Origin: a virus
Length of the DNA: 64,000 bases
Reading direction: 5' to 3' (one strand)
IMG/VR virus record: IMGVR_UViG_3300025000_000078
Span: 10,947 to 74,946 of that record
This document shows positions 31,707 to 43,018 of the stretch, piece after piece. How positions within the stretch are numbered: the stretch's first letter is position 1; the number at the start of each line of letters is the position of its first letter. The notes below the pieces were generated by a model. It did not search any database. It was not told the origin of the DNA and saw only the letters and a program-made list of their open reading frames with translations. Both the position numbers and the translations under genes were made by a program.

Positions 31707-32714
31707 CGTTGGTTCACATAGGTCGTTAATCTATGCAGTTCTCTTAAGAACTTCCCTAGTTTTCACTAGGATACCAGACTATATCATTATCTCTCGGTAT
31801 AAGAGATATTTCCCGTTTCGATTTAAGGGATTCTCACCCACTCACTTGAGCCCTACTCCTAATGCTTATTTCAAAGCCAAAGGGATAGTCGTTGAACCTT
31901 GTTATTAAATATCGTATAAATTACTTATATGTCTCCATGATTTTTTATTTCTTATTTTTTTAATTAAATCTATAGTTTTTGGTTTATTTCGTATATCATC
32001 ATTATGTTTTATTCTATCATATATTTTACCCTGACTTAAACCTTGTTTGTGTAATAAACATATCTGATGAACTGTTTCTTCATTATAAACATTTAATACA
32101 CTATTAATCCCTCTAGGATTCCATAATCCAATTTTTATAGCATGTACATTATTTTCTGAAGGAGTTACCCATTCAAGATTTTGATAATAATTATTATTTT
32201 TAAAACCATCTTTATGATTAACAAATATTTTATATTTAGAATTAGGAAAATCTAAAAAATGTTTGGCTACTAATTTATGAATTGATTGATTTATAAAAGT
32301 AGCTTTATTTCTATATAAAGAAACTTTTAAATAACCATTTGGTCTCTTTTGAGGTTTTAAAATCTTATTTGATGTTTTAGAATAAACTCTACCATAATTA
32401 CTTAAAAGATAATCTGGGAAAAGAGGCATCTGTTTCCATTCTTCATTAATAATTATTTGTATAAGTAATTTATTCATTTTTATTTTTTCACCCCTTTATT
32501 TTATACGATTTTATTTTGAGTTTAAATATTTTTATACGATATTTAATAACCTTGGCTGCGGATCACTCAATCCTAAACATTATTACCATACCTAAGACAT
32601 TATTCTTAGCCACTAAAATATTTCTATTCTAGTTTGGTAGCTTAGACTATAAGAGATTTCCCGCAATTAGAGAAATTTTCATATGATATTTCTACCATAT
32701 GCCGCATATAATTT
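31707..32714 (-). mobile_element. Group I intron (dnaB intron 2) with HNH ORF, family A
   Basis: P1 GCCGU/GCGGC; P/Q/R/S elements; ORF enclosed by an extended P6 stem (31902-31920 pairs with 32531-32549). Confidence 0.9.
31905..32477 (-). CDS. Intron-encoded HNH homing endonuclease
   Basis: EEWK...SNYGRV (NUMOD4), HKLVA, VNHKDG.K.NN...NLEWVT.SEN..HA. Confidence 0.9.
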   Translation of the reverse strand: MNKLLIQIIINEEWKQMPLFPDYLLSNYGRVYSKTSNKILKPQKRPNGYLKVSLYRNKATFINQSIHKLVAKHFLDFPNSKYKIFVNHKDGFKNNNYYQNLEWVTPSENNVHAIKIGLWNPRGINSVLNVYNEETVHQICLLHKQGLSQGKIYDRIKHNDDIRNKPKTIDLIKKIRNKKSWRHISNLYDI

Positions 32715-32743
32715 ACGGCTATTGCGCCAGTTCTATTTAATTG
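32715..32743 (-). CDS. dnaB: DnaB micro-exon 2 (29 nt, QLNRTGAIAV)
   Basis: Restores the helicase motif VITAH-QLNR and keeps frame into exon 3. Confidence 0.85.
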
Positions 32744-33073
32744 CTTTATTTTCATACTATTCGTTAAATAGCACAGTTCTCTTATGAACTTCCCTAAGTT
32801 TCCTTAGGATAAAAGACTATATCATTATCTCTTATTTAAAGAGATACTTTCCTTTTCGATTTAAGGGATTCTCACCCACTCACTTGAGCCCTACTCCTAT
32901 TGTGTATTTCAACACCTATGGGATAGTCGTTGAACCTTTCTCTAATAGTTTATTAGAGACTTGGCTGCGGATTACTCAATCTTTTTATTGTATAATAAAA
33001 AGCTCTAAGAGCTTCCCCGACAGTTAAAAAAGTTTTTCATTATAAATCACTTTATAATGCCACCTATAAATTG
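32744..33073 (-). mobile_element. Group I intron (dnaB intron 1), ORF-less, 330 nt, family A
   Basis: P1 CCAU/GUGG; P/Q/R/S elements; ends AAATAAAG. Confidence 0.9.
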
Positions 33074-34288
33074 ATGGGCTGTAATAACAGGTATATCTTT
33101 ATCAACAGCTAAATTCTTTAATTCATTAGTTACATTTTTTAACTCTTCTTTTTCATCTTTAGCTTTTTCATATGGTCTAATTCTTTTAATATAATCTAAA
33201 ATTAAAGCTATTACTTCTTTACCATCATCAGATAATTCATCTATTATTGTATATAAATCAGCAGTTGATATTTCTCTATTAGGATAATATTTAATGATAA
33301 TGTCAATATCATTATCATCAGATAAAATTAATTCTCCATCTTCTTTTAATTTCTTTATTACCTGTTTAGCAGTAAAACTTCTAATATCATCTGAAGTTAC
33401 TGTCATATTAAATAGTCTTTCAACACTCTCCTGGACTGTATTTTCAGCTGTTACTAATAATACACAAGGTTTCTTACCAGGTTTTTTAACTTTTATACCT
33501 TTATTATATTTCTTTATATCAACTGCTGTTTTTAAAAGAATACCTGATTTAAAACCCCCAGGTAAACCTAAATATGTATAAAGACATTTACTCATATATC
33601 CAGGAGATAATATATGATTTAATTTTTGTATACCAGTTCTTAATATACGAGCAGGGTCTTTTAACTCATTGACTATATCAGTAACAACATCTTTAAATAC
33701 ATCTTCTTCCAAACTAAAAGTTTGTGTATTATCAACAGTTGAAACTTTCCTTGTGTGATTTAATATTTTACTACAAATTTCAGTTAATTCATCATTAACT
33801 TCTTGAAAGCTATTATACTCCCCACTGTCAAGACGTTCAATACTTTCGTATAGTCTATCTTTATAATTAAATAAATAAGCATATTTAAGTCTATCTACAA
33901 TAGCTTTATTAATATATTTAATTTCTTCATAATTTATCTTCTTATATATGATTAGAGATTTTATTATTTCTTCTATTTCTTTATTGAAAGTATCAGTTCT
34001 ACAATAATTAACTATTGCATCTTCATTCTCAAATCCTCTATCTAAACGAGCTTCTAAAGCTCTTTTAATAAAGTACGTTCTTGATTCTATTTTTTCATTT
34101 CCTTCATAAATTCTTTCATCTATAATCTCAAATAAATTCTTTAAATTAGTTAAAGATTTTCTTGATACTTGTGAAGAATTCTTAAATATAAAACCTATTA
34201 ACATATTTAACATACTAATATCAAATTTTAGGCTTATTTTCTTTACTTCATTCTCAACCACCTTAAATAATTTTCTTTTACTTACCAA
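33074..34288 (-). CDS. dnaB: DnaB-like replicative helicase, exon 1
   Basis: GLPGGFKS (Walker A), TAEN, LILDYI, LKNLA...PVITAH. Confidence 0.88.
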
Positions 34289-35489
34289 AGGAAGTCCTCC
34301 TCTGTATCTGTTGATATAAGTAATATCTAATTTTATCTACTGTAATGTCCTTATTATATTTTATTTTTATAAATTTAGATATTTTTTCCTCTGGACAAAT
34401 ATTCTTATTAAAAATAAACCCATATTTCTCTAATAATAAATTTATTTTTTCTTCTGTTTCTTTTTTTTGTCTTAATTTATTATTATTATTAATAATAACT
34501 TTTACATTTGTATACTTATTAAATACTTCATTTACCATATTAGTGAATAATAAAGTATTAGGAAAATCTTCTGGTATATTAATTATTAACCTAATATAAT
34601 CTATTAAAAAATTATTGACCAAATCTATTAAATAATCTATTTGATCTTTTTCATTATTATTAAAAAAAGATTTATTATTATAATCTATAGTAATAGTATC
34701 ATATCTTTTAGCTAGTTTATTGACTATAAATTCTGTATTATAATTTTTAGTATCAGATGAATAAGAGAATAGATAAAAACCCTTATCATTTTCTTCCCCA
34801 TAACACCATCTTGAAAAAGAACCAGTATAATATATACAGTCTTTTATTATTTGTGATTCATGTATATGACCAAATATTATTAATCCATCAGTTATATTTA
34901 ATAAAACATCTGAATTAAATATAGGGGCTTTACTCATAGTCATTTCACTTTCTTGTTTATTGGCAACAAATACTACTTCACCAAATAAACCATGACCAAA
35001 TATCATATCATATCTAGAACTAAAATATTCTTTATAATATTCCTCTTTATTTTCTATATATTCCTCTGGTATATATAAAACTTTTAAATCATCAAATAAT
35101 AATTCACTTTCAACACTATATATGATTTTAAAATCATATTTACTATTTTTAGTATATATTTCTAAAGTCTCTAATTGTTTATTATCATGAGACTCAGTTC
35201 CTTTTATTAATCTAACTTTAATATTTTTTTTATATGAAATTTCTAATAACCTAAAAATAAATTGTAAAGCATATTTAGCATGATCTGAATTCATTGAAAT
35301 CTTTGTATTAAAAAAATCCCCCACTATAATTATAAAGTCTATTACTTTTAATTTTTCAATATAATCTAAAAACCCTTCTTGTAATTCATAATATAAATCT
35401 TTTGATTTAATAGATGAACCAAAATGTATATCACCTATAGAAATTCCAACATATAATTTATTATTCAAGTATATTCCCCCATTCATCAT
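34278..35489 (-). CDS. sbcD: SbcD/Mre11-like metallophosphoesterase nuclease
   Basis: GDIHFG, GDFF, GTESHD, FGHIH and YTGS motifs. Confidence 0.85.
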   Translation of the reverse strand: MMNGGIYLNNKLYVGISIGDIHFGSSIKSKDLYYELQEGFLDYIEKLKVIDFIIIVGDFFNTKISMNSDHAKYALQFIFRLLEISYKKNIKVRLIKGTESHDNKQLETLEIYTKNSKYDFKIIYSVESELLFDDLKVLYIPEEYIENKEEYYKEYFSSRYDMIFGHGLFGEVVFVANKQESEMTMSKAPIFNSDVLLNITDGLIIFGHIHESQIIKDCIYYTGSFSRWCYGEENDKGFYLFSYSSDTKNYNTEFIVNKLAKRYDTITIDYNNKSFFNNNEKDQIDYLIDLVNNFLIDYIRLIINIPEDFPNTLLFTNMVNEVFNKYTNVKVIINNNNKLRQKKETEEKINLLLEKYGFIFNKNICPEEKISKFIKIKYNKDITVDKIRYYLYQQIQRRTSFGK

Positions 35490-36138
35490 TATGATTTAGA
35501 TCATACCATAAATGGAATAAACTTAATAAATTTTTAAAAACTTCTATATATTTATTTATTTTACCTCTTGTAAAAATTCTTTCCTTATATCCAGAATTAT
35601 TAATAATTAAAATTCCTACATTATCAACTTCTAACCCTTTTTCTTCAATTAATATACAATAACCAGCTAATTGTAAGAACATTGTTGAATAAAAATCTTT
35701 AGAAGTTTTAAAATCAAGTATTGTTAATTTATTATCTATTTTACCATAAAAATCTATAGTTCCTCCAAATTTCTCTGATGTTAAGGATTCTTCCAGATAT
35801 ATTGGTTTTATTGTATGTAATTCTCTCCATATATTAAATGCTTTAATATGTAAAAAATTAGAATTTAACACATGATATAAGTTACTATATTTTTTGTTAA
35901 TTAAGTCTTTATCAATTAATTGATTAGATAAAATACAATTAATAATGTAATGAACTAAAGTACCAATATTTGAATAATCTTGTAAAACTAATTCATAATT
36001 TTGTCTTTTAAATCCTAGATAATTAACCCATTTTAATAACTTAGGTTTATTCAATAATTGTAAAATTGTAGTAACACTTGGTACTTCTATATTTTTATCA
36101 TTTATATAAATAGTATGATTTTTATTATATTTACCCAT
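35461..36138 (-). CDS. PD-(D/E)XK exonuclease
   Basis: PSVTTIL, GTLVH, GGTID...ILDFKTS and QLAGY motifs. Confidence 0.85.
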   Translation of the reverse strand: MGKYNKNHTIYINDKNIEVPSVTTILQLLNKPKLLKWVNYLGFKRQNYELVLQDYSNIGTLVHYIINCILSNQLIDKDLINKKYSNLYHVLNSNFLHIKAFNIWRELHTIKPIYLEESLTSEKFGGTIDFYGKIDNKLTILDFKTSKDFYSTMFLQLAGYCILIEEKGLEVDNVGILIINNSGYKERIFTRGKINKYIEVFKNLLSLFHLWYDLNHNDEWGNILE

Positions 36139-36255
36139 ATTTTAGTCAATCCTTTCTAATAATTTTCTTTATCTAATAGTTTACTTAAAAATAATTTATG
36201 AAAAAATGTATTTATAAAACATACTAATAAATATAAACGAAAAGGATGTGATTTT

Positions 36256-37203
36256 TTGGCTTTTAAATCGTTAGAAGATACCTTTATTTATAAAAATTTA
36301 AATAAAGGTGATATCATATCACATAATATTAGTAAAATTTTTAAAGAAGGTTTAATACTTGAGCAAAGAAATTTAGAAGAAGCATTTATTATCATTAATA
36401 AAAATTTTAAGTTCCCATTAAAATATAAGGTGATTGAAGATTTTCAAAAAGGTGGATTAGTTTTAATGTATTCCCCCCCTCATGTTAAATTACCAACATC
36501 AATGCCGTTCTTTTTAACAAGAAACTCTAAAGATGAAATAGTTGCAATAATATTGGTTGATTTATATGGAAGTATGAATAAAGAAACTAGAAATGTTAAT
36601 ATAGATGTTAAAAAATTATATTGTATTATGGAATCAGCTTATATAGCTAAATTATGTTTTTTAAATGCTAATACTATTAATGTATCTAGTACTGTAATGA
36701 CATATGGTTCTATAATATATGCAAATATGTTTACTAGAGTTTTAAATAAAAAATATGCTTTAAATGTAGATAGAAATAAATTTAATAAAGTTATTTTCTT
36801 ATCTAGTAAATTCTTTTTGATTAATATATTAAATAGACAGGACTCTGAAATGATTTTCAATTATTGTTTAAAAAATTGTGTTGAAGGTAATAAATTCATT
36901 CTTAATGAAGTTAATGACATGTTTAAAGATGAATATTTTACTGATTTATCATCATTTATTAATGGATTATCTATTATACCGGAATTAGGAATGAATTTTA
37001 AAGATTTATCTGTTAGAAATTATCTCGAAGCGTTTATTAATATGTATGACGGTTCAGCTTTACTAGCATTAGAATCTTTTCCTTATTTTATGTATAATGT
37101 ATTGGCTGTAATTAATGGAGCCTATTTAAATAATCAATATATATTAGAAGATATTGTACAAACTAATGGTACTAAGTTATATCAATATTTTTTAAATTTA
37201 TAG
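36256..37203 (+). CDS. Hypothetical late/virion protein
   Basis: 315-aa ORF with a late promoter at 36218-36229. Confidence 0.7.
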   Translation: MAFKSLEDTFIYKNLNKGDIISHNISKIFKEGLILEQRNLEEAFIIINKNFKFPLKYKVIEDFQKGGLVLMYSPPHVKLPTSMPFFLTRNSKDEIVAIILVDLYGSMNKETRNVNIDVKKLYCIMESAYIAKLCFLNANTINVSSTVMTYGSIIYANMFTRVLNKKYALNVDRNKFNKVIFLSSKFFLINILNRQDSEMIFNYCLKNCVEGNKFILNEVNDMFKDEYFTDLSSFINGLSIIPELGMNFKDLSVRNYLEAFINMYDGSALLALESFPYFMYNVLAVINGAYLNNQYILEDIVQTNGTKLYQYFLNL

Positions 37204-37230
37204 AAAACTTTAATTGGAGGTTGATAAATA

Positions 37231-39147
37231 GTGTCAGTCAAAAAACGTATTCTACATCGTAGAGACTCTACTTTAAATTGGGAAACAGTCAATCCTATAT
37301 TGGATAAAGGTGAATTTGGTGTAGAGGAGATAGGAAATGATAAACTTAAAATTAAATTAGGTAACGGTGTTTCTAGTTGGGATTTATTACCGTATATTAA
37401 TGATGAAGATTTGGAACAAGTTATAGAATCTTTAACTTTATTAATAAATAATCTAGCAGGTTCCGGTAGAACTACTGAAACGGTTAAACAAAATTCTACT
37501 GATTTATCAAATCATATTAATGATAATATTCCTCATGGTTCAACATCTGATGCGACACCCGATACTATTATATTAAGGAATAGTTTGGGTAGAGCTAAAG
37601 TATCACCACCTAATGCAATAGATGACATTGCTAGGTTAGATACTGTTAATAATGCAATTTCATCATTAGTTAATTCAGCTCCCCAAGTATTAGATACATT
37701 GAATGAAATAGCTATTGCGTTAGGAAATGATCCAAATTTTAGTACAACAATGATTAATGCGTTAGCTAATAAATTAGCAATAAGTGATTTTAATGTTCAT
37801 TTATTAGATTATGTTAAACAAATCCCATATGCTGTAACTTCAGGTTCAGATAATAATTATTCTATAAATCTTAATCCGGCCCCAATATCTTATGTAGATG
37901 GTATGGCTGTAGCAGTTAAAATAAATATCAATAGTACTGGTAGTTCTACTCTAAATGTAAATAACTTAGGTGCAAAAACGATTAAAGATTCTTTAGGTAA
38001 TGATATAATTTCAGATGGGTTAAAACAAGATATTATTTATTCCTTACGGTATAATTTAACAAATCAGACTTTTATTGTACAGGGTAAAGGAGGTGGTGGA
38101 ACAGCTAACGCCGATGATTTATATATAGGGACTACTGCAACTAATGATAGTGGATTAATAATAGGTACTAATAAATATAAAATTGGTGCATTTATAGATA
38201 TGGGTAATTTACAACAAAATATCAGAGAAATATGGTCACTTACTGATGGTAATTATGCTCGTTCTATTGCAATTGACAGTTCTGGGAATGTATATGTTGG
38301 ATATTATGATGTGATAGGTAATAAAACTGTTCGTAAATTAAATAGTTCTGGTGAAGAAATATGGTCACTTACTGATGGTAAGTATGCTACTTCTATTGCA
38401 GTTGACAGTTCTGGTAATGTATATGTGGCATATTATGATGTGATAGGTAATAAAACTGTTCGTAAATTAAATAGTTCTGGTGAAGAAATATGGTCACTTA
38501 CTGATGGTAATTATGCTCGTTCTATTGCAATTGACAGTTCTGGGAATGTATATGTGGCATATAAAGATATGGGGGGTAATAAAACTGTTCGTAAATTAAA
38601 TAGTTCTGGTGAAGAAATATGGTCACTTACTGATAGTAGTTTTGCTACTTCTATTGCAATTGACAGTTCTGAGAATGTATATGTGGCATATGATGGAAAT
38701 ATAACTGGTAGTGATAAGTCTGTTCGTAAATTAAATAGTTCTGGTGGAGAAATATGGTCACTTACTGATGTTAATCATGCTCAGTCTATTGCAATTGACA
38801 GTTCTGGGAATGTATATGTTGGATATTATGAAAATTCAAGTGGTAAACAAGTTCGTAAATTAAATAGTTCTGGTGGAGAAATATGGTCACTTACTGATAT
38901 TGGAGAGGTTAATCATATTCAAGTTGACAGTTCTGGAAATATATATGTGGGATATAGTGAAATGGAGGGTAATAAAATTGTTTGTAAATTAAATAGTTCT
39001 GGTGTAGAAATATGGTCACTTACTGATGGTAATTATGCTCGTTCTATTGCAGTTGACAGTTCTGAAAATATATATGTGGCATATAGTGTTTCGGCAAGTA
39101 ATAAGAATATTCGTAAATTATTCTATGGATATCAAATAATTTCTTAA
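37231..39147 (+). CDS. Tail fibre/receptor-binding protein with C-terminal 7-blade propeller
   Basis: Mtd_N-like start, AP..LDTL.EIA.ALGNDPNF fibre motif, and seven ~43-aa repeats (IWSLTD...SIA.DSSGNVYV). Confidence 0.85.
   Translation: MSVKKRILHRRDSTLNWETVNPILDKGEFGVEEIGNDKLKIKLGNGVSSWDLLPYINDEDLEQVIESLTLLINNLAGSGRTTETVKQNSTDLSNHINDNIPHGSTSDATPDTIILRNSLGRAKVSPPNAIDDIARLDTVNNAISSLVNSAPQVLDTLNEIAIALGNDPNFSTTMINALANKLAISDFNVHLLDYVKQIPYAVTSGSDNNYSINLNPAPISYVDGMAVAVKININSTGSSTLNVNNLGAKTIKDSLGNDIISDGLKQDIIYSLRYNLTNQTFIVQGKGGGGTANADDLYIGTTATNDSGLIIGTNKYKIGAFIDMGNLQQNIREIWSLTDGNYARSIAIDSSGNVYVGYYDVIGNKTVRKLNSSGEEIWSLTDGKYATSIAVDSSGNVYVAYYDVIGNKTVRKLNSSGEEIWSLTDGNYARSIAIDSSGNVYVAYKDMGGNKTVRKLNSSGEEIWSLTDSSFATSIAIDSSENVYVAYDGNITGSDKSVRKLNSSGGEIWSLTDVNHAQSIAIDSSGNVYVGYYENSSGKQVRKLNSSGGEIWSLTDIGEVNHIQVDSSGNIYVGYSEMEGNKIVCKLNSSGVEIWSLTDGNYARSIAVDSSENIYVAYSVSASNKNIRKLFYGYQIIS
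38226..39120 (+). repeat. Near-identical ~129-nt intragenic tandem repeats
   Basis: GAAATATGGTCACTTACTGAT occurs seven times. Confidence 0.85.
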
Positions 39148-39207
39148 TAAAACTAAATTAATTATATTAAATATTTTTTATTTAATAAAGGAGGGAATTA
39201 ATAAATT

Positions 39208-39438
39208 ATGATAGGTAAAGAAATTCAAATACCATCAGTTCAAAATGTTAAATTAGATGATGGTTCATATGTAACAGTATTACCAGTTAATACTTCTAAT
39301 GAAGTTCTTATTGATAATAGTTCAAATGTAATATCATTAACTCAAGCATTAGATATAAGGAAAACACAAATTGGAGTTGATGAAAATAATAAACCTATTT
39401 ATGATATAGAGATGATTATTGACGGTGGAGGAGCTTAA
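39208..39438 (+). CDS. Hypothetical virion protein
   Basis: 76-aa ORF ending in IDGG, with strong RBS. Confidence 0.6.
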   Translation: MIGKEIQIPSVQNVKLDDGSYVTVLPVNTSNEVLIDNSSNVISLTQALDIRKTQIGVDENNKPIYDIEMIIDGGGA

Positions 39439-39458
39439 TTAATAACTTATGATAAGGG

Positions 39459-40241
39459 GTGTTTTGTATTATGCATATGGTAAACGATTGGTTCTTAGAT
39501 GTTGGACATGGTGGAATAGATTCTGGAGCAATAAATGCATATATTAAAGAAAAAGATATAAATTTAATAGTCGGACTTGAAATTGGTAAGATACTTCAAT
39601 TAAATGGTCAAAATGTTAAATATTCTAGAACTACCGATGTCTCTGTTGATTTAAATAATAGAGCACCAATGGCTAATTCATGGGGAGCTGATTATTTTGT
39701 TTCAATACATCATAATGCGGGTGGTGGTAATGGCTTAGAAATAATCCATTCCATTCATGGTGGAGTTGGAAAAAATTTAGCTGAGTTCATGGCTCCTATT
39801 GTATCAAAAGGAACTGGACAAAATATTCGTAGGGTATATTCAAAAAAAGGTAATAGTGGAAATGATTATTATGCTGTTATTCGGGATTCAAAAATGCCCG
39901 CAATTATTATCGAATATGGTTTTATAGATAATCCTGAAGATTATAAATTATTTGATACTAAACCAGAATTATTACTTGAAGCTAAATATATAGCTACTGC
40001 TTGTCTTAATTTCATCGGAATTACTAATATTAAATATGGTGATGAAATTCCAATACCCGAAGTAATTAAAAAGAGTAAATATTTTTCAGATATTCCGGAT
40101 AATCATTGGTCTATTGACAATCTTGATAGAGCTAAAGAAATCGGTCTTATTTTTGGAACAGGTAGTGGTAAGATTGGTTTTTCCGAAGAATTAGCAAGAA
40201 CAATAACATTTATACTTAGAGGAATTGATCTCAAAAAATAA
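39459..40241 (+). CDS. N-acetylmuramoyl-L-alanine amidase (Amidase_3) endolysin with SLH-like C-terminus
   Basis: LDVGHGG.DSGA, EKD.NL, SIHHNA, IEYGF.DN; C-terminal FSDIP.NHW. Confidence 0.9.
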   Translation: MFCIMHMVNDWFLDVGHGGIDSGAINAYIKEKDINLIVGLEIGKILQLNGQNVKYSRTTDVSVDLNNRAPMANSWGADYFVSIHHNAGGGNGLEIIHSIHGGVGKNLAEFMAPIVSKGTGQNIRRVYSKKGNSGNDYYAVIRDSKMPAIIIEYGFIDNPEDYKLFDTKPELLLEAKYIATACLNFIGITNIKYGDEIPIPEVIKKSKYFSDIPDNHWSIDNLDRAKEIGLIFGTGSGKIGFSEELARTITFILRGIDLKK

Positions 40242-40342
40242 TAAATATAATAGGTTGATTTTTTGTTATCAACCTATTATATTTTTTTATCATACAATCA
40301 AAAACTATTATATAAAGAGTTTTTAAAAGGAGTGATATATAG

Positions 40343-42961
40343 ATGATGGATACATTACAATTAATTTATAATAAAAATACTATAAATTTACAAGCTATTG
40401 AAAAAACTTTAATTGAAATAAAACAAAATTCTTTTAATTATTTATATAAAATGCAATTAGATTTAACCGGTTATAAAAGATTTAATTTAAAGATGAATGA
40501 TTTAAAATTAATAAATAATATTAATAAAACACTTAGTTATTATCCTAAAAAATATGTTGCTTTTATTAAAGAAGATTTTATTGATGAAAAAAATAAATTA
40601 ATGTATAAAAGGTCTCAATACTTTAATAAAGAATTATCAATTTTTGATGTATCTAATAATTCAAAACTTTTTACTAAATCATTCATGGTATTTATTGATG
40701 GTAAATTTTTTGATACTATTAATATTTTATGTAAAGGAGATACAACATATATTATTTTTGATATAGTTTCAGATAATAACTTAACAGGTATACCATATGA
40801 CTATTTTAACCAATTAATGAGTTTAAATGCTGATATAAGTGTTATATTTATGCCTAATTGTGAATATGGAATATATAATACAAATATTAATGTTTTACAA
40901 AAATATTCAAATCAATTATCGTTAGATAGATTTAATTTAGTTAATAATTTGGATAGTGAAATTAATTATATTACTTTTATTAATGATAATTCTTTATTAT
41001 TCTCATCTGTTATAACTGATACTGAAAATTCTGAAGGTCTTTTAAAATTTTATGATAATACAATTAATGATGTTGAAAATAAGTTAATTCATATTAACGT
41101 ATTTGGATTTAGACATTTATTAGATCAAATAGATATAATTGGTACTGAAAGATACTTTCAGATCCCAATTCAAGATATGCCACTTCCAATAGAAAATATA
41201 ATGATTTTTAGAAATATTGATGGTAAAAAATATTTTGCTCATGATATTCAATTGAAAATGTATTATCCAAATATATATGAAGTTATTAATAATATTAATG
41301 ATGATAATTTAACATTTTATATATTTTATTCAAATGATACTTTCATTGTAAATGAAAAATATGAAAATGAGTTGGAGATTTATTATAAATATGTAACTAA
41401 TATTTTGGAAAAATACAATGATTTATCTATTCCTGAAATTATTAAAACATATGAACCTCTTGAATATATATATAGTATAAATGATTTTAAAATAACAGGA
41501 TTAGATAGTCCTATAGAATATAAAATAAAAACCTTAGAAGATTGGATAAAAATGAATAATAATATATTTAAATATTATTTAATTAATCAAGTTATGAAAT
41601 ATGATGGATATTATTTAGATGTCTCAAAAATTGATTTGTCCTCTAGATACAGAGAAAATAATCATACTGAAATCGTTGATGAACTTTTAAGAGAAGAATT
41701 TATTGAACCAAGATATGTATTTATCTTTAGAAATGAATTTAGTTCAGAATATTATAATCTAAGATTTTTTATTGATGGTAAATTATATTTACAGGATAAG
41801 TTTTATAAAACAGAAAAATTTGAATATTTCTATATTCCAGTTTCACTTATTAGTCAAAATTCTTTAATAGAAGTAGAAAAATTAAATAAATTTTCTTTAA
41901 TAAAACAAATAGACATAAACTCAATAGATGATTTTATTTTAGTGGAAATACCTTTACTTAATTCATTAGAAATTTCAGCCAATGATATATTTATAACTAA
42001 TGATAATAATGAATATATTAGTAGAGATTTGTTTTCTATATATGTTAAAAATGGTGATAATGATTATGTTGAAATAATAAATAATTCATTTATATCGACA
42101 AATATTTTTTTTATTAAATTAAAAGATGATATTTTATTATCACAAAATATGTCATTATATATAATGAAAACAAATATGATGTTTTCATGGGATATAATAA
42201 CTGAAGAAAATAGAACTGAATCTTTTACAATAAATTCTAAATTAATAAATGATAAACGTCACTTTAGGATATTTAAGAACGGGTTTTTATTACCTTTTTA
42301 TATATATGATATAGATTTTAGTATTTTTAATACAACTAAAGTTAATCTTTTTATGACAAAAAATATCGGTGATAATTTTATAATAGATATCACACCATAT
42401 AAGTATAAATCAGTATATGAACAAAGTGAGATTGATAATAATGGATTTGTCGATTTAATAGGAATTCTTGATAAACCACTAGATTTTAAATGGTATGATA
42501 TTTATTTAAATGGAATAAAATTAAATAAAAATAATGTTCAATTTCTTTCAGCAACAAAAATGATTATTAAAAATATACAAACAACTAAAAATCTAGTTAT
42601 ATTAGAGAAAGATAGAGATAATGAAATATTTTCAATAAAAGAAACACCACCGCCATTAATAGATAAAGTATTAGGAATAATAGAATTTCGAAACATGATT
42701 ACTAGTGAAAATGATGATATAATAGATTTACTACCAGATATTATGCAAGATGTATTTAGTTTATTTGATGTTGATTTATATAATTTTTACAATCTATATT
42801 TAAAATTTATGTTTATAAATCCAGATATTGAACAAATTACTATTGAAATGAAAGAGCAATTTATAAATCTTTTTAAAGATTCAGATATACTTTTATTAAA
42901 TCCAGATATTTATTCTAATTCAGAAACTTATTTAGAACTTAATCCTGATATTATATTATAG
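40343..42961 (+). CDS. Large virion structural protein
   Basis: 872-aa ORF with repeated FIDGK/F.NG beta motifs in the late cluster. Confidence 0.7.
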   Translation: MMDTLQLIYNKNTINLQAIEKTLIEIKQNSFNYLYKMQLDLTGYKRFNLKMNDLKLINNINKTLSYYPKKYVAFIKEDFIDEKNKLMYKRSQYFNKELSIFDVSNNSKLFTKSFMVFIDGKFFDTINILCKGDTTYIIFDIVSDNNLTGIPYDYFNQLMSLNADISVIFMPNCEYGIYNTNINVLQKYSNQLSLDRFNLVNNLDSEINYITFINDNSLLFSSVITDTENSEGLLKFYDNTINDVENKLIHINVFGFRHLLDQIDIIGTERYFQIPIQDMPLPIENIMIFRNIDGKKYFAHDIQLKMYYPNIYEVINNINDDNLTFYIFYSNDTFIVNEKYENELEIYYKYVTNILEKYNDLSIPEIIKTYEPLEYIYSINDFKITGLDSPIEYKIKTLEDWIKMNNNIFKYYLINQVMKYDGYYLDVSKIDLSSRYRENNHTEIVDELLREEFIEPRYVFIFRNEFSSEYYNLRFFIDGKLYLQDKFYKTEKFEYFYIPVSLISQNSLIEVEKLNKFSLIKQIDINSIDDFILVEIPLLNSLEISANDIFITNDNNEYISRDLFSIYVKNGDNDYVEIINNSFISTNIFFIKLKDDILLSQNMSLYIMKTNMMFSWDIITEENRTESFTINSKLINDKRHFRIFKNGFLLPFYIYDIDFSIFNTTKVNLFMTKNIGDNFIIDITPYKYKSVYEQSEIDNNGFVDLIGILDKPLDFKWYDIYLNGIKLNKNNVQFLSATKMIIKNIQTTKNLVILEKDRDNEIFSIKETPPPLIDKVLGIIEFRNMITSENDDIIDLLPDIMQDVFSLFDVDLYNFYNLYLKFMFINPDIEQITIEMKEQFINLFKDSDILLLNPDIYSNSETYLELNPDIIL

Positions 42962-43018
42962 AATAATTTTATCATTCAAAACATTAATATAAAAAAATAA
43001 AAAAGAGGTGATTGATTA

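Noticed and set aside
35461-36138. Cas4 implying a CRISPR system
   Set aside because: Lacks the four Fe-S cysteines and has no cas context; an ordinary phage PD-(D/E)XK nuclease next to sbcD.
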